Below are positions 27,488-36,492 of a stretch of DNA of 64,000 bases, one piece after another. The translations under genes were made by a program, and so were the position numbers. The DNA comes from Ignavibacteria bacterium (GTDB taxonomy: Bacteria; Bacteroidota; Ignavibacteria; Kapaibacteriales; UBA2268). The notes under the pieces were generated by a model, which was not told where the DNA came from, searched no databases, and worked only from the letters and a program-made list of their open reading frames with translations. Where the stretch lies: the NCBI GenBank assembly GCA_031261605.1, contig JAISJI010000068.1:2771-66770 (forward strand), in the 5' to 3' direction. Position 1 is the stretch's first letter, and the number at the start of each line of letters is the position of its first letter.

Positions 27488-29140
27488 CTACTCCCCAAAA
27501 CTATACACCGCCATATTCTCCAAATACTTGTCATCCACAACACGCACCGCTACATTATGAACACCACCTTCCGCAAAGTTATGAACCCGAACACCATTCT
27601 TGTCATACAAAACACTCGGATTAAATTTACCAACCTCCTGTGGAAACTTGTGTGCCGGTATCGGATAATTAAAATCCCAACTATAATTGATTATCACACT
27701 ATCACTCACCGCTCGAAATTCATACTTCCCATCCAACGTCTTGCTACAATCTATGCGAACTACTGGACGTTTCGCTACATCCACTATCTCGCTCACCAAC
27801 ACACGCTCTATCAATATACCATCCTCATTCTTTAACCGAGCCATCTCCTGAACCGCCTCCTTTGCAAAATCAAATGCTATGAAATAACCAACCGGTAAGC
27901 CATTCTCCTGCTTCTCCTTAAACTTCCGACCAGCGTGACATACCGAAAAAAACTTCTGTATCTCCACTCGCCCTATCTTATTCTTCCAACTCTTCACCTG
28001 TATCGGCACATCATCCTTCATCCCATCACTACCGTGGTCACCACGCTGCTTCTCATTCGGAGTGCCACCAAACTTACCTACTATCCACGTCTCAAACTCA
28101 AATGGGTCCATCGCTCGTAAGTCCTCCTCGGCGAAGTAGTGCTTCTCAATCTCGTAATTTGTAAATATTCCATTCGCTTGCAAACGCTTGTCTGTCACAT
28201 CTAACGCTGCGATGGACTGGTCTATTCCGATAAAATTCCGCTGCAAATTATTCGCCATCAACATTGTCGTCCCACCACCCATAAATGGGTCAAGCACCAC
28301 ATCTCCTTCGTTAGAGGATGCTTTGATAATCCGCTCAAGAAGTGCCAGCGGCTTCTGTGTAGGGTAACCAATCTTTTCTATAGATGTTCCTTGAACATTT
28401 TGTATATCAATCCAGTCGTTCCCGATTAATTGCCCCTTTGTCTCACTTAAATATCTTTTTATACGCAATCGTTGATGTTGAGATTTTGGAAAATATATTT
28501 TATTGTCCGCATCCCATTTTTGCATTGTTTCAAACGGACAACGCCAGCCATTTGCATTTGGCAAATACCCTTTATACTCATAGTTATATCCGCCCGGTCT
28601 TGTGTTTGTTAAATCTCCCAACGAATATTTTCCTTTACCATCCATATCATCATACTTGTAAAAATTACATGAATATTTTTCAGTAAGTTCAGAGTATATC
28701 GGATTAAAAGAAAAATTATTTGACTTAGAATAATACCAAATTGTATCTGTTAATACTGCCAATTTTTTCTTTGCATCATTGTGTGCATTGGTTCTTTTCC
28801 AAATTATATGCCCTCTAAAATTTTCATACCCAAATTCCTTATCCAAAATCATCACCCTAATATATGCATCGGCATGCCAGTCGCAATGCAAATATATAGA
28901 GCCGGTGGGCTTGAGCAAGCGATGCATTTCTTTCACTCGGTCGTAAAGCCAGTTGATATATTGGTCTATGCCACCACTCCATCTGTCCTCAAAGGAGCGT
29001 ATTTCGCCGGCATCTCCCCAAATAATTTCGTAATTACGATTAGAGAAGAATGGCGGGTCAAGGTAAATGAGAGCAATGCTTTCTGCGGGCATTTTCTTCA
29101 TTACTTCGAGGCAGTCGCCGAGTATTATTTTATTTTGCAT
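27488..29140 (-). CDS. Beta-class DNA amino-methyltransferase fused to an Mrr-cat (PD-(D/E)xK) restriction-endonuclease-like domain, with a C-terminal PKD-like beta-sandwich tail.
   Basis: Motif IV IALIYLDPPF, motif I DVVLDPFMGGGTT. Then FEFETWIVGKFGG...RGDHGSDGMKDDVPIQVKSWKNKIGRVEIQKF, which fits the Mrr-cat signature F..l....G....gDgGiDg....Q.K. The tail carries YSWDF ... GVHNVAVRVVDD. Confidence 0.75.
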   Translation of the reverse strand: MQNKIILGDCLEVMKKMPAESIALIYLDPPFFSNRNYEIIWGDAGEIRSFEDRWSGGIDQYINWLYDRVKEMHRLLKPTGSIYLHCDWHADAYIRVMILDKEFGYENFRGHIIWKRTNAHNDAKKKLAVLTDTIWYYSKSNNFSFNPIYSELTEKYSCNFYKYDDMDGKGKYSLGDLTNTRPGGYNYEYKGYLPNANGWRCPFETMQKWDADNKIYFPKSQHQRLRIKRYLSETKGQLIGNDWIDIQNVQGTSIEKIGYPTQKPLALLERIIKASSNEGDVVLDPFMGGGTTMLMANNLQRNFIGIDQSIAALDVTDKRLQANGIFTNYEIEKHYFAEEDLRAMDPFEFETWIVGKFGGTPNEKQRGDHGSDGMKDDVPIQVKSWKNKIGRVEIQKFFSVCHAGRKFKEKQENGLPVGYFIAFDFAKEAVQEMARLKNEDGILIERVLVSEIVDVAKRPVVRIDCSKTLDGKYEFRAVSDSVIINYSWDFNYPIPAHKFPQEVGKFNPSVLYDKNGVRVHNFAEGGVHNVAVRVVDDKYLENMAVYSFGE

Positions 29141-29205
29141 AATTTATTTGATGTTTTATTTTGTAAAAAAAATGTAATGGATGGCGTAGCACATAATCAA
29201 TTTAA

Positions 29206-30594
29206 TCATAGTTCAGACAAATCCCCCAGCAACCTCTCCCCTACCTCGTAGATATTACCTGCACCAAGCGTAATCACTACATCCTTCGGACGCAATATTT
29301 TGCGAAGTTCCTCCGTAAGAGCATCCCTATTGGGAACGTATGTGAAGTGCTTGTAGCCCGCTTCTACTGCGGCATCCACTATGATTTGTCCGGTAATACC
29401 CGGAAGCGGCTCCTCACGTGCCGGATAAACATCGGTTACAAAAGCCAATGCAGCATCAGCAAATGAATTAGCAAAATCCTTGTAAAACTCCTTCGTCCGC
29501 GTATATGTATGCGGCTGAAAGACAGCAATGATACGCCTGTCAGCATAGTTACGAAGTCCTTTGAGTGTCGCTTTTATTTCGCTCGGATGATGCGCATAAT
29601 CATCAATAACGATAATATCATTCACCTCTCCCTTAATCTCAAATCGGCGAAAAGCCCCGTGAAACCGCTCTATCACAGCGGCAATGAGATTGAAACTGAC
29701 ATTGAATTGACGTGCAACAAGCACTGCACCTAATGCATTCTTAATATTGAATTCACCAGGAACATTAAGCGTCATCTCGCCGAGCAGTTGCCCGTATTCA
29801 TAGACCTCGCAAGTGGAAGTGAAGTTGTGGAAGCGAATATTTTTCGCTGTGTAATCGGCTGCGTTGTCCAAGCCAAAAGTAATCACTTTCTTACGCAACA
29901 TCGGGATAACATTTTGCACACCTTCATCATCTATACCCGTAGCAATAAAGCCATAGAATGGAGTCATATTGGCGAATTGTGCGAATGTATTTTGCAAATC
30001 CGCAACATCCTTATATATATCCAAATGCTCCGCTTCAATGTTGTTAATCACGGCGATGGTAGGTAGCAGTTGTAAGAACGACCTATCGTATTCATCCGCT
30101 TCAACCAATGACCACTGGCTATGACCAAGACGAGCATTCGTTCCACCAAGGTCTTTCAGACGACCACCTACGACAACAGTCGGGTCTATACCGGCTGCAA
30201 TGAGCATTAATGCAAGCATTGACGTAGTTGTTGTCTTGCCGTGTGTGCCGGAAACAGCAATGCAATAGTTGAGACGGGAAATCTCTGCAAGCATCTCTGC
30301 TCTGCGGATTACCGGTATCTTTCGGCGATTTGCTTCAAGCACTTCCGGATTTGTATCTATATGCACAGCGCTGGAATAGACCACCACATCCGCATTTGAT
30401 GCAGCAATATTATTCGCAGAATGCCCGTAATAGATAGTCGCACCAAGCGATTCCAAGTGCTCGGTATTCTCTGAGCGAGCCATATCGGAACCGCTAATGG
30501 TAAAGTCCTTGTTAAGTAGTATCTCTGCGATACCGCTCATTCCTATTCCACCGATACCGATGAAATGTATTTTTTGTATGTTTTGAAATAGCAT
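29206..30594 (-). CDS. murC: UDP-N-acetylmuramate--L-alanine ligase.
   Basis: IHFIGIGGIGMSGIAEIL, SGTHGKTTTTSM. ~463 aa from the Met at 30594. Confidence 0.9.
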   Translation of the reverse strand: MLFQNIQKIHFIGIGGIGMSGIAEILLNKDFTISGSDMARSENTEHLESLGATIYYGHSANNIAASNADVVVYSSAVHIDTNPEVLEANRRKIPVIRRAEMLAEISRLNYCIAVSGTHGKTTTTSMLALMLIAAGIDPTVVVGGRLKDLGGTNARLGHSQWSLVEADEYDRSFLQLLPTIAVINNIEAEHLDIYKDVADLQNTFAQFANMTPFYGFIATGIDDEGVQNVIPMLRKKVITFGLDNAADYTAKNIRFHNFTSTCEVYEYGQLLGEMTLNVPGEFNIKNALGAVLVARQFNVSFNLIAAVIERFHGAFRRFEIKGEVNDIIVIDDYAHHPSEIKATLKGLRNYADRRIIAVFQPHTYTRTKEFYKDFANSFADAALAFVTDVYPAREEPLPGITGQIIVDAAVEAGYKHFTYVPNRDALTEELRKILRPKDVVITLGAGNIYEVGERLLGDLSEL

Positions 30595-30610
30595 CGTTTG
30601 TTTATTATAA

Positions 30611-30644
30611 TTTTGATACAAAAATAAATATTTTTGTATCAAAA
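30611..30644. promoter_or_regulatory. Perfect 16+16-bp inverted repeat with a 2-nt spacer (TTTTGATACAAAAATA aa TATTTTTGTATCAAAA) in the murC/sensor divergent intergenic region. Candidate operator.
   Basis: Read directly from the sequence. Lies 17 nt upstream of the murC start codon. Confidence 0.5.
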
Positions 30645-30759
30645 TCACTATTTGTATTACTTTTTCCCAATATATTATCTGCCAAATTTTGTTAATATAT
30701 AATATTTCATTAAATTATACGATAATTGATATATTACATATTTTTATTAACCTCTAAAA

Positions 30760-33054
30760 ATGTTCCGCAAGATAAAAAAAACATTCTCGCATAATTATAT
30801 CCTATCTATATTAATTGTAACAGTGATAGTTTTTGTGCTTTCTTTCTATATATTCTATCGTAATACTTACCAAATAGTTTCCGATACCTCAACTAAAAAC
30901 AGCGAAAATATTTTGAAACTCGCCAATGCACAAATCGTCACCACTCTTAGAGAAGTTGAGATTGCAATTCAAAACATCAGCACTACATTAGATGATATTA
31001 ACGTTACAGACCCCAATATACTATATAATTTGACGAAGGAAGTCGTTGCTCACAACCATTTCATATTTGGTTGCGCTATCGCATTGCAACCATATCACTT
31101 CCCCGAAAAAGGCAAATACTTCGCTCCTTATGCTTGGCACGAAGGCGTAGGTATTTCACGCAAGCAATTGGGCTCAGATGAAAATGATATTTATACGCAA
31201 AATTGGTATGCTCTTCCAAAAAAATTAAGAGGTCCCATTTGGACTGACCCATACCTAGATGTCTATGGTGCAGGTGCTAATGTGTATATGTGCACTTACT
31301 CTGTCCCATTAATGAAAAATGGAAAATTCTACGGCATCATTACTGCGGATATTTCTTTGGAGTGGCTTGCTGCTCTAGTGTCAAAACTTAACCGCGACTC
31401 CGGCTCATATACTTTTATAATAGATGACAAAGGCAGATTCTTAACGCATTTCGATAAGTCATTACATCTGCCAGCAAACTTTACAGACATCACAAGAGGA
31501 AATAAAGATTCAATCAATCTGATGCGTATCGGAAGAAAAATAACAGACAGACAGACAAGCCACGATGTCATTCGCGGTGAAAGTGGCACTTCATACATAT
31601 TCTATTCACCAATACAAAAGACAAACTGGTCTATTGCAATGATGTTCAAAGAGCCGGTAATATACGGAAAATTAGATTATGCCCGTAAAGTTTTTATCAC
31701 TATACTATCCGTAGGGCTATTCTTTATCCTGGTCGTAGGTTGGATTACCATACATAGTTTAACAAAACCATTAGGCAAATTTGCAGATGCCCTTACCGAT
31801 ATTATACTTGCCGATTTTAAACTGCCGGTTCCACTAATCTCAAAAAATAAAGAGATTAGCAAACTATCAGATGCCTTTACATACCTGCAGCAGCGACTAA
31901 TTTTCTGCACTGAAGAGTTAATGGAAATGTCTGTATCAAAAGAGAAGATGGAGGACGAACTAAAACTCGCTCGCAAGATACAGTTAGAGTTAATTTCCTC
32001 ATCTATGCCAGTATTCCCATTCGCTCTGGGTATTGATATGCACGGTATCGCTCACAATACAGAGATAAGCACCGGCTTCTACGACTACTTTATTGATGGG
32101 AAACTCCTCCATTTTATTATCGGAGATGTTAAAGGAAGCGGCGTTATCTCATCGCTTTTCGTATCCTTATTACGCCATCTTTACCATATTTATGCACTCC
32201 AATATCATTCACCTGAAACTACTGCAAATGCTATAAATACAAGCACATCCCAAACCTCAGTGATACTTGCAAATGTGCTAATCGGAACATTTCATATAGA
32301 TGAGGAAGAACTTACATATTGCAATGCCGGATTATTTCCACCTATTATTGTAAACAAAACAACTGATAGCATTGTTGCTGCTCCTTCAGATACCAATGTT
32401 CCTATCGGAACGGCTGCCAATACTCAATACCATAGCTACTCACTCAAAATTCACAACAACTCAATAGTCGTCTTACACACCAACGGCGTTATGAATTCGT
32501 ATAATGATGAGGGCAAAAAGTTCGGCGAAAAGACCTTCTTTGACCTATTGCATAGGTATAGAGCACAAAATCCACACGACTTAGCAAATACCATTCTAAA
32601 TGATATAGATAAATTTGCCGAATACCGATTAGGCAATGATAATGCCACCATCCTTATATTAAACTACCTCAAATTAGTCGAAAAGCCGATGACCCGACAT
32701 TCTATCACAATTCATAACAACGTGCAGGAGGTAATGTTGGTCAGCGAGTTGCTCAATCACATCGGCTCAGAGAGCAATCTACCCGGATACTTGATAATAC
32801 AACTAAAATTGCTCTTAGAAGAAATTATTACCAACATAATAGTAAATGGATATACCGAATTAGAACACGGCTCTATATCTATTTCATACACCTTGAACGA
32901 CAAAACTTTAAATTTCGAAATTACAGATAACGGTAGACCATTAAAAGATGTATCAACTATCATACACGAAACAATGGATGCCGTAGATTACCAGATATAT
33001 GACGATAAAAATGTTCTCACACTTATTAAAATGATGAATTTGAAGGAAGAATAG
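30760..33054 (+). CDS. Membrane sensor phosphatase: TM, Cache-like extracytoplasmic domain, TM/HAMP, PP2C (SpoIIE/RsbU-like) phosphatase, and a C-terminal RsbW-like HATPase domain.
   Basis: N-terminal TM (ILSILIVTVIVFVLSFYIF). Second TM (ITILSVGLFFILVVGWITI). PP2C block GDVKGSGVISSLFVSLLRH. C-terminal LLLEEIITNIIVNGYT...ISISYTLNDKTLNFEITDNGRPL resembles the anti-sigma-factor kinase fold. Confidence 0.7.
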   Translation: MFRKIKKTFSHNYILSILIVTVIVFVLSFYIFYRNTYQIVSDTSTKNSENILKLANAQIVTTLREVEIAIQNISTTLDDINVTDPNILYNLTKEVVAHNHFIFGCAIALQPYHFPEKGKYFAPYAWHEGVGISRKQLGSDENDIYTQNWYALPKKLRGPIWTDPYLDVYGAGANVYMCTYSVPLMKNGKFYGIITADISLEWLAALVSKLNRDSGSYTFIIDDKGRFLTHFDKSLHLPANFTDITRGNKDSINLMRIGRKITDRQTSHDVIRGESGTSYIFYSPIQKTNWSIAMMFKEPVIYGKLDYARKVFITILSVGLFFILVVGWITIHSLTKPLGKFADALTDIILADFKLPVPLISKNKEISKLSDAFTYLQQRLIFCTEELMEMSVSKEKMEDELKLARKIQLELISSSMPVFPFALGIDMHGIAHNTEISTGFYDYFIDGKLLHFIIGDVKGSGVISSLFVSLLRHLYHIYALQYHSPETTANAINTSTSQTSVILANVLIGTFHIDEEELTYCNAGLFPPIIVNKTTDSIVAAPSDTNVPIGTAANTQYHSYSLKIHNNSIVVLHTNGVMNSYNDEGKKFGEKTFFDLLHRYRAQNPHDLANTILNDIDKFAEYRLGNDNATILILNYLKLVEKPMTRHSITIHNNVQEVMLVSELLNHIGSESNLPGYLIIQLKLLLEEIITNIIVNGYTELEHGSISISYTLNDKTLNFEITDNGRPLKDVSTIIHETMDAVDYQIYDDKNVLTLIKMMNLKEE

Positions 33055-33310
33055 CACACCAAATCAATTCCTACAATAAATATAAGACAATAATTAGTCA
33101 CCGAAAAATGTCCGCAAATGGTATGGTTTTTGCACACAATTTCCATATCCACTAACCCCAAACTATCGCTACCTATGGAAATAAATTACTTAAAAGCGGG
33201 ATTTATTCTTACTATTAGTGTATGCTACATTCTGTTTAATACAAAAATCATACAAAATATTCCCAGAAAAATCAAAAAGTTATTCTAATTATTATCTAAT
33301 TCTAATTGCT

Positions 33311-33892
33311 ATGAAATACGTAAAAAAAATCAATAATATTTTTATTATCGCTACTATTATTTCTATTGTTTGCTTCGTTGGATGTCAACCAAATGTCCGC
33401 TTTTCTAACAATATTAAGCACAGCGGCGGCGATTATTCTACAGATAACACCACAGCAGCAAGCAAGACACATAACATAGACACAACTTTATACAATATTC
33501 CAGCAAAAACTATTTACCCAAAACCGACCATAAATGCCAATAGTTACAAAATTATTTCTATCGCACAGAAATGGCTCGGCACACCATATCTATATGGTGG
33601 TAACACTAAGAGTGGCGTGGATTGTAGCGGTTTTGTGAAAAATATTTACTCCGAAATTGGCATTAATCTGCCCCGAACCTCCGCTCAGCAATTCCAATTC
33701 GCTATACCGACAAAATCACCAGCAGTTGGAGACCTCGTATTCTTCAAGAAAAAAGGCAAAATTAATCACGTTGCTATATATCTCGGCAACGACCGCATCA
33801 TTCACTCATCCATTAACAAAGGCGTTATAGAGCAAACGATGACAGGAACAAATTTAGAGAAAATGCGTTGTGGGTATGGAAAGGCATATTAA
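33311..33892 (+). CDS. NlpC/P60 (C40) family cell-wall peptidase lipoprotein.
   Basis: Signal/lipobox ...ISIVCFVGC. Catalytic Cys in GVDCSGFVKNIYSEIG, then HVAIYLGNDRIIHS. Confidence 0.8.
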   Translation: MKYVKKINNIFIIATIISIVCFVGCQPNVRFSNNIKHSGGDYSTDNTTAASKTHNIDTTLYNIPAKTIYPKPTINANSYKIISIAQKWLGTPYLYGGNTKSGVDCSGFVKNIYSEIGINLPRTSAQQFQFAIPTKSPAVGDLVFFKKKGKINHVAIYLGNDRIIHSSINKGVIEQTMTGTNLEKMRCGYGKAY

Positions 33893-33988
33893 ACTATACT
33901 ATATATCAAAATAATATTAGGCGAAATAATGGTATGTCAATAAAATTTAGTATATTACTACTATTAATATGTATAAAAGTTAAAATAT

Positions 33989-35008
33989 ATGGCTAACCAA
34001 TACAACATCGGCATCGTTGGTGCTTCTGGACTCGTCGGCAGAAGAATTGTCCCCAACCTCGCTACCTCAAAAATAGAAATAGAAACCTTGCGTCTACTCG
34101 CAACCTCCAAGAGCGTAGGTCGCAAATTCAAATTCAGAGAACAATCTATTCGCCTCGAAGAACTTACCGAGACATCTTTCGAAGGGCTTGATATTGCTCT
34201 ATTCTCCGCCGGTTCACACGTCAGCGAACACTTCGTTCCGATAGCTGTCAATAGCGGGTGCGTTGTGATTGACAACGGTAGCTACTGGCGACTCGACGAA
34301 AATGTCCCATTAGTCGTGCCCGAAGTAAATCCCGATTCACTCCACCACCACAAAGGAATTATCGCAAATCCAAATTGCTCTACCATCATCCTCGCAGTGC
34401 CACTTGCACCTATCGTTCGCAAATATAAAGTAGCAAATGTAATCGTTAGCACATACCAAGCGATTAGTGGTGGCGGACAAACTTTGCTCAATAAGTTCCG
34501 CAAGCAAATGTATCCAAAGGATGGATTTGCACAAACGCCAGAGTTCAAGGATGATAAGCATCGCCTTATTGATAGCATCGTCTTCCACTCCGATTACAAC
34601 CAATTCGGACGAACGATAGAGGAAGAGAAAATGGTAAATGAAATACACAAAATCATCTCGCCAGACATAAATATCATTCCTACTTGTGTCCGTATCCCTG
34701 TAACAGTGGGACATTGCGAATCCGTTACTATCCAACTTGCAGAGCATTGCCATATTGACGACGTTCGCCAATTACTTGCAAATGCTCCCGGTGTCATTCT
34801 TACCGATGATACTACCGATAATTATCCATCGCCTCAGATGTGTCGCGGTAAGTTTGATATATTTGTCGGACGTGTTAGAGTGGAGCGTGTGAATGATGCG
34901 GATGTAATTTCTATGTGGATAGCGGGCGATAACTTGCACAAAGGTGCTGCAGCGAATGCAATTCAGATAGCGGAGTATCTTATTGATAATTCGCTACTTA
35001 AGTTTTGA
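33989..35008 (+). CDS. asd: Aspartate-semialdehyde dehydrogenase.
   Basis: IGIVGASGLVGRR, NPNCSTIILAVPLAPI (active-site Cys), QAISGGG. Confidence 0.9.
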   Translation: MANQYNIGIVGASGLVGRRIVPNLATSKIEIETLRLLATSKSVGRKFKFREQSIRLEELTETSFEGLDIALFSAGSHVSEHFVPIAVNSGCVVIDNGSYWRLDENVPLVVPEVNPDSLHHHKGIIANPNCSTIILAVPLAPIVRKYKVANVIVSTYQAISGGGQTLLNKFRKQMYPKDGFAQTPEFKDDKHRLIDSIVFHSDYNQFGRTIEEEKMVNEIHKIISPDINIIPTCVRIPVTVGHCESVTIQLAEHCHIDDVRQLLANAPGVILTDDTTDNYPSPQMCRGKFDIFVGRVRVERVNDADVISMWIAGDNLHKGAAANAIQIAEYLIDNSLLKF

Positions 35009-35116
35009 TTTTGGAATAGCCAGCCAACTAACCGACCCGAATAGGTATGAGGTGGGAAAGAGACCACACTAAATCCCTATCCGAAGGAAAGGAACTTTTA
35101 TAACAACAAATACAAT

Positions 35117-36433
35117 ATGCCAGAAGAGAACTTCACCAACACACTATACACCAACGACAACCTCTTCGTCCTAAATGGCTTAAATAGCGATTTGGTTGAT
35201 TTGATATACTTAGACCCACCATTCAATACCAAACGACTATTTTCTGCACCAATAGGTAGTAAAGCAGCCGGCTCGAGTTTCAAGGATATGTGGAATTGGC
35301 AAGATGTGAACGAAGCGTATCTTGATACTTTGGCAGAAAATTATCCGGCATTGACTGATTTCATTGCATCTACGAGTGTGGTGCATAGCAAAGCGATGGC
35401 TGCGTATCTAACATATATGGTGCAACGAATCGTCGAAATGCATCGCGTGCTAAAGGATACGGGCAGTTTATATTTGCATTGCGACCCGACTGCAAGCCAT
35501 TATTTGAAGGTGCTGTTGGATGAGGTTTTTGGTAAAAATAATTTTAGAAATGAAATTGTGTGGTGCTATAAAGAACGCGAAATATCCAAAAAATATTTTA
35601 ATAGAAAACACGATATTATTTTCTTTTACGTTAAATCAGAAAAATATTTATTTAACCCTACGAGATTGTTAGAACCATATAGCAAGGGGACGATTAAGAA
35701 ATTCAATTATACCGATGATGATGGACGCAGTTTTCAAATACGCGGCAAAGGCGGTGAATACACTGGAAAGCAAGGTCTCGATATAAAGTTAGAGCAAACA
35801 AGTCCAGATTTGGTGTATAGAGATTATTTGGATAAAAGTGGAGGAATATTGCCGCGTGATTGGTGGGAGATTCCATTCCTTAACAGAGCAGCCAAAGAAC
35901 GCACCGGCTACCCAACACAAAAACCGCTTGCTCTGTTGCAACGCATCATTAAGGCATCATCAAATGAAGGCGATATAGTTATGGACCCATTTTGTGGTTG
36001 TGCAACGGCTTGTGTTGCGGCTCAGCAACTCGGGAGGAAGTGGATTGGTATTGATGTAGAGGAGAATGCGGTTGATATTTTGATTGAGCGATTGAGTGAC
36101 GATGCTGGGATGTTCAAGGATTTTGTAGCGACAAAATTAATTCCCAAACGCACGGATTTAACTCTCGAACCACCATCGCAATCGGTAAAAGAACGCTTGT
36201 ACAAAGAACAAAATGGATGTTGCAACGGCTGTGGAAATGAATATTTAATGAAAGATATGGAAATAGACCACATCATTCCGAAAGCAAAAGGTGGTGGCGA
36301 TTACTACGAAAATTACCAGTTGTTATGTGGTAATTGCAATAGAATTAAGGGAAAAAATACAATGGAATTTTTGCGAATAAAGATACAAACGCGCAAGAAT
36401 TTACTGAAGGAAAAGATTATTTTCGGGGAATAA
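35117..36433 (+). CDS. Beta-class DNA amino-methyltransferase fused to a C-terminal HNH endonuclease domain. The AdoMet motif I is degenerate.
   Basis: Motif IV LIYLDPPF. Motif I region DIVMDPFCGCATA instead of FxGxGTT. C-terminal CCNGCGNEYLMKDMEIDHIIPKAKGGGDYYENYQLLCGNCNRIKG is an HNH motif (C..C...H...N...C..C). The core shares ~60% identity with the 27488..29140 methyltransferase (GYPTQKPLALLxRIIKASSNEGD). Confidence 0.8.
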   Translation: MPEENFTNTLYTNDNLFVLNGLNSDLVDLIYLDPPFNTKRLFSAPIGSKAAGSSFKDMWNWQDVNEAYLDTLAENYPALTDFIASTSVVHSKAMAAYLTYMVQRIVEMHRVLKDTGSLYLHCDPTASHYLKVLLDEVFGKNNFRNEIVWCYKEREISKKYFNRKHDIIFFYVKSEKYLFNPTRLLEPYSKGTIKKFNYTDDDGRSFQIRGKGGEYTGKQGLDIKLEQTSPDLVYRDYLDKSGGILPRDWWEIPFLNRAAKERTGYPTQKPLALLQRIIKASSNEGDIVMDPFCGCATACVAAQQLGRKWIGIDVEENAVDILIERLSDDAGMFKDFVATKLIPKRTDLTLEPPSQSVKERLYKEQNGCCNGCGNEYLMKDMEIDHIIPKAKGGGDYYENYQLLCGNCNRIKGKNTMEFLRIKIQTRKNLLKEKIIFGE

Positions 36434-36492
36434 TTACTATTTCCCCAACCAGACATTAATTATAAATATAATTCAAAAATAAGGAGAAATAT

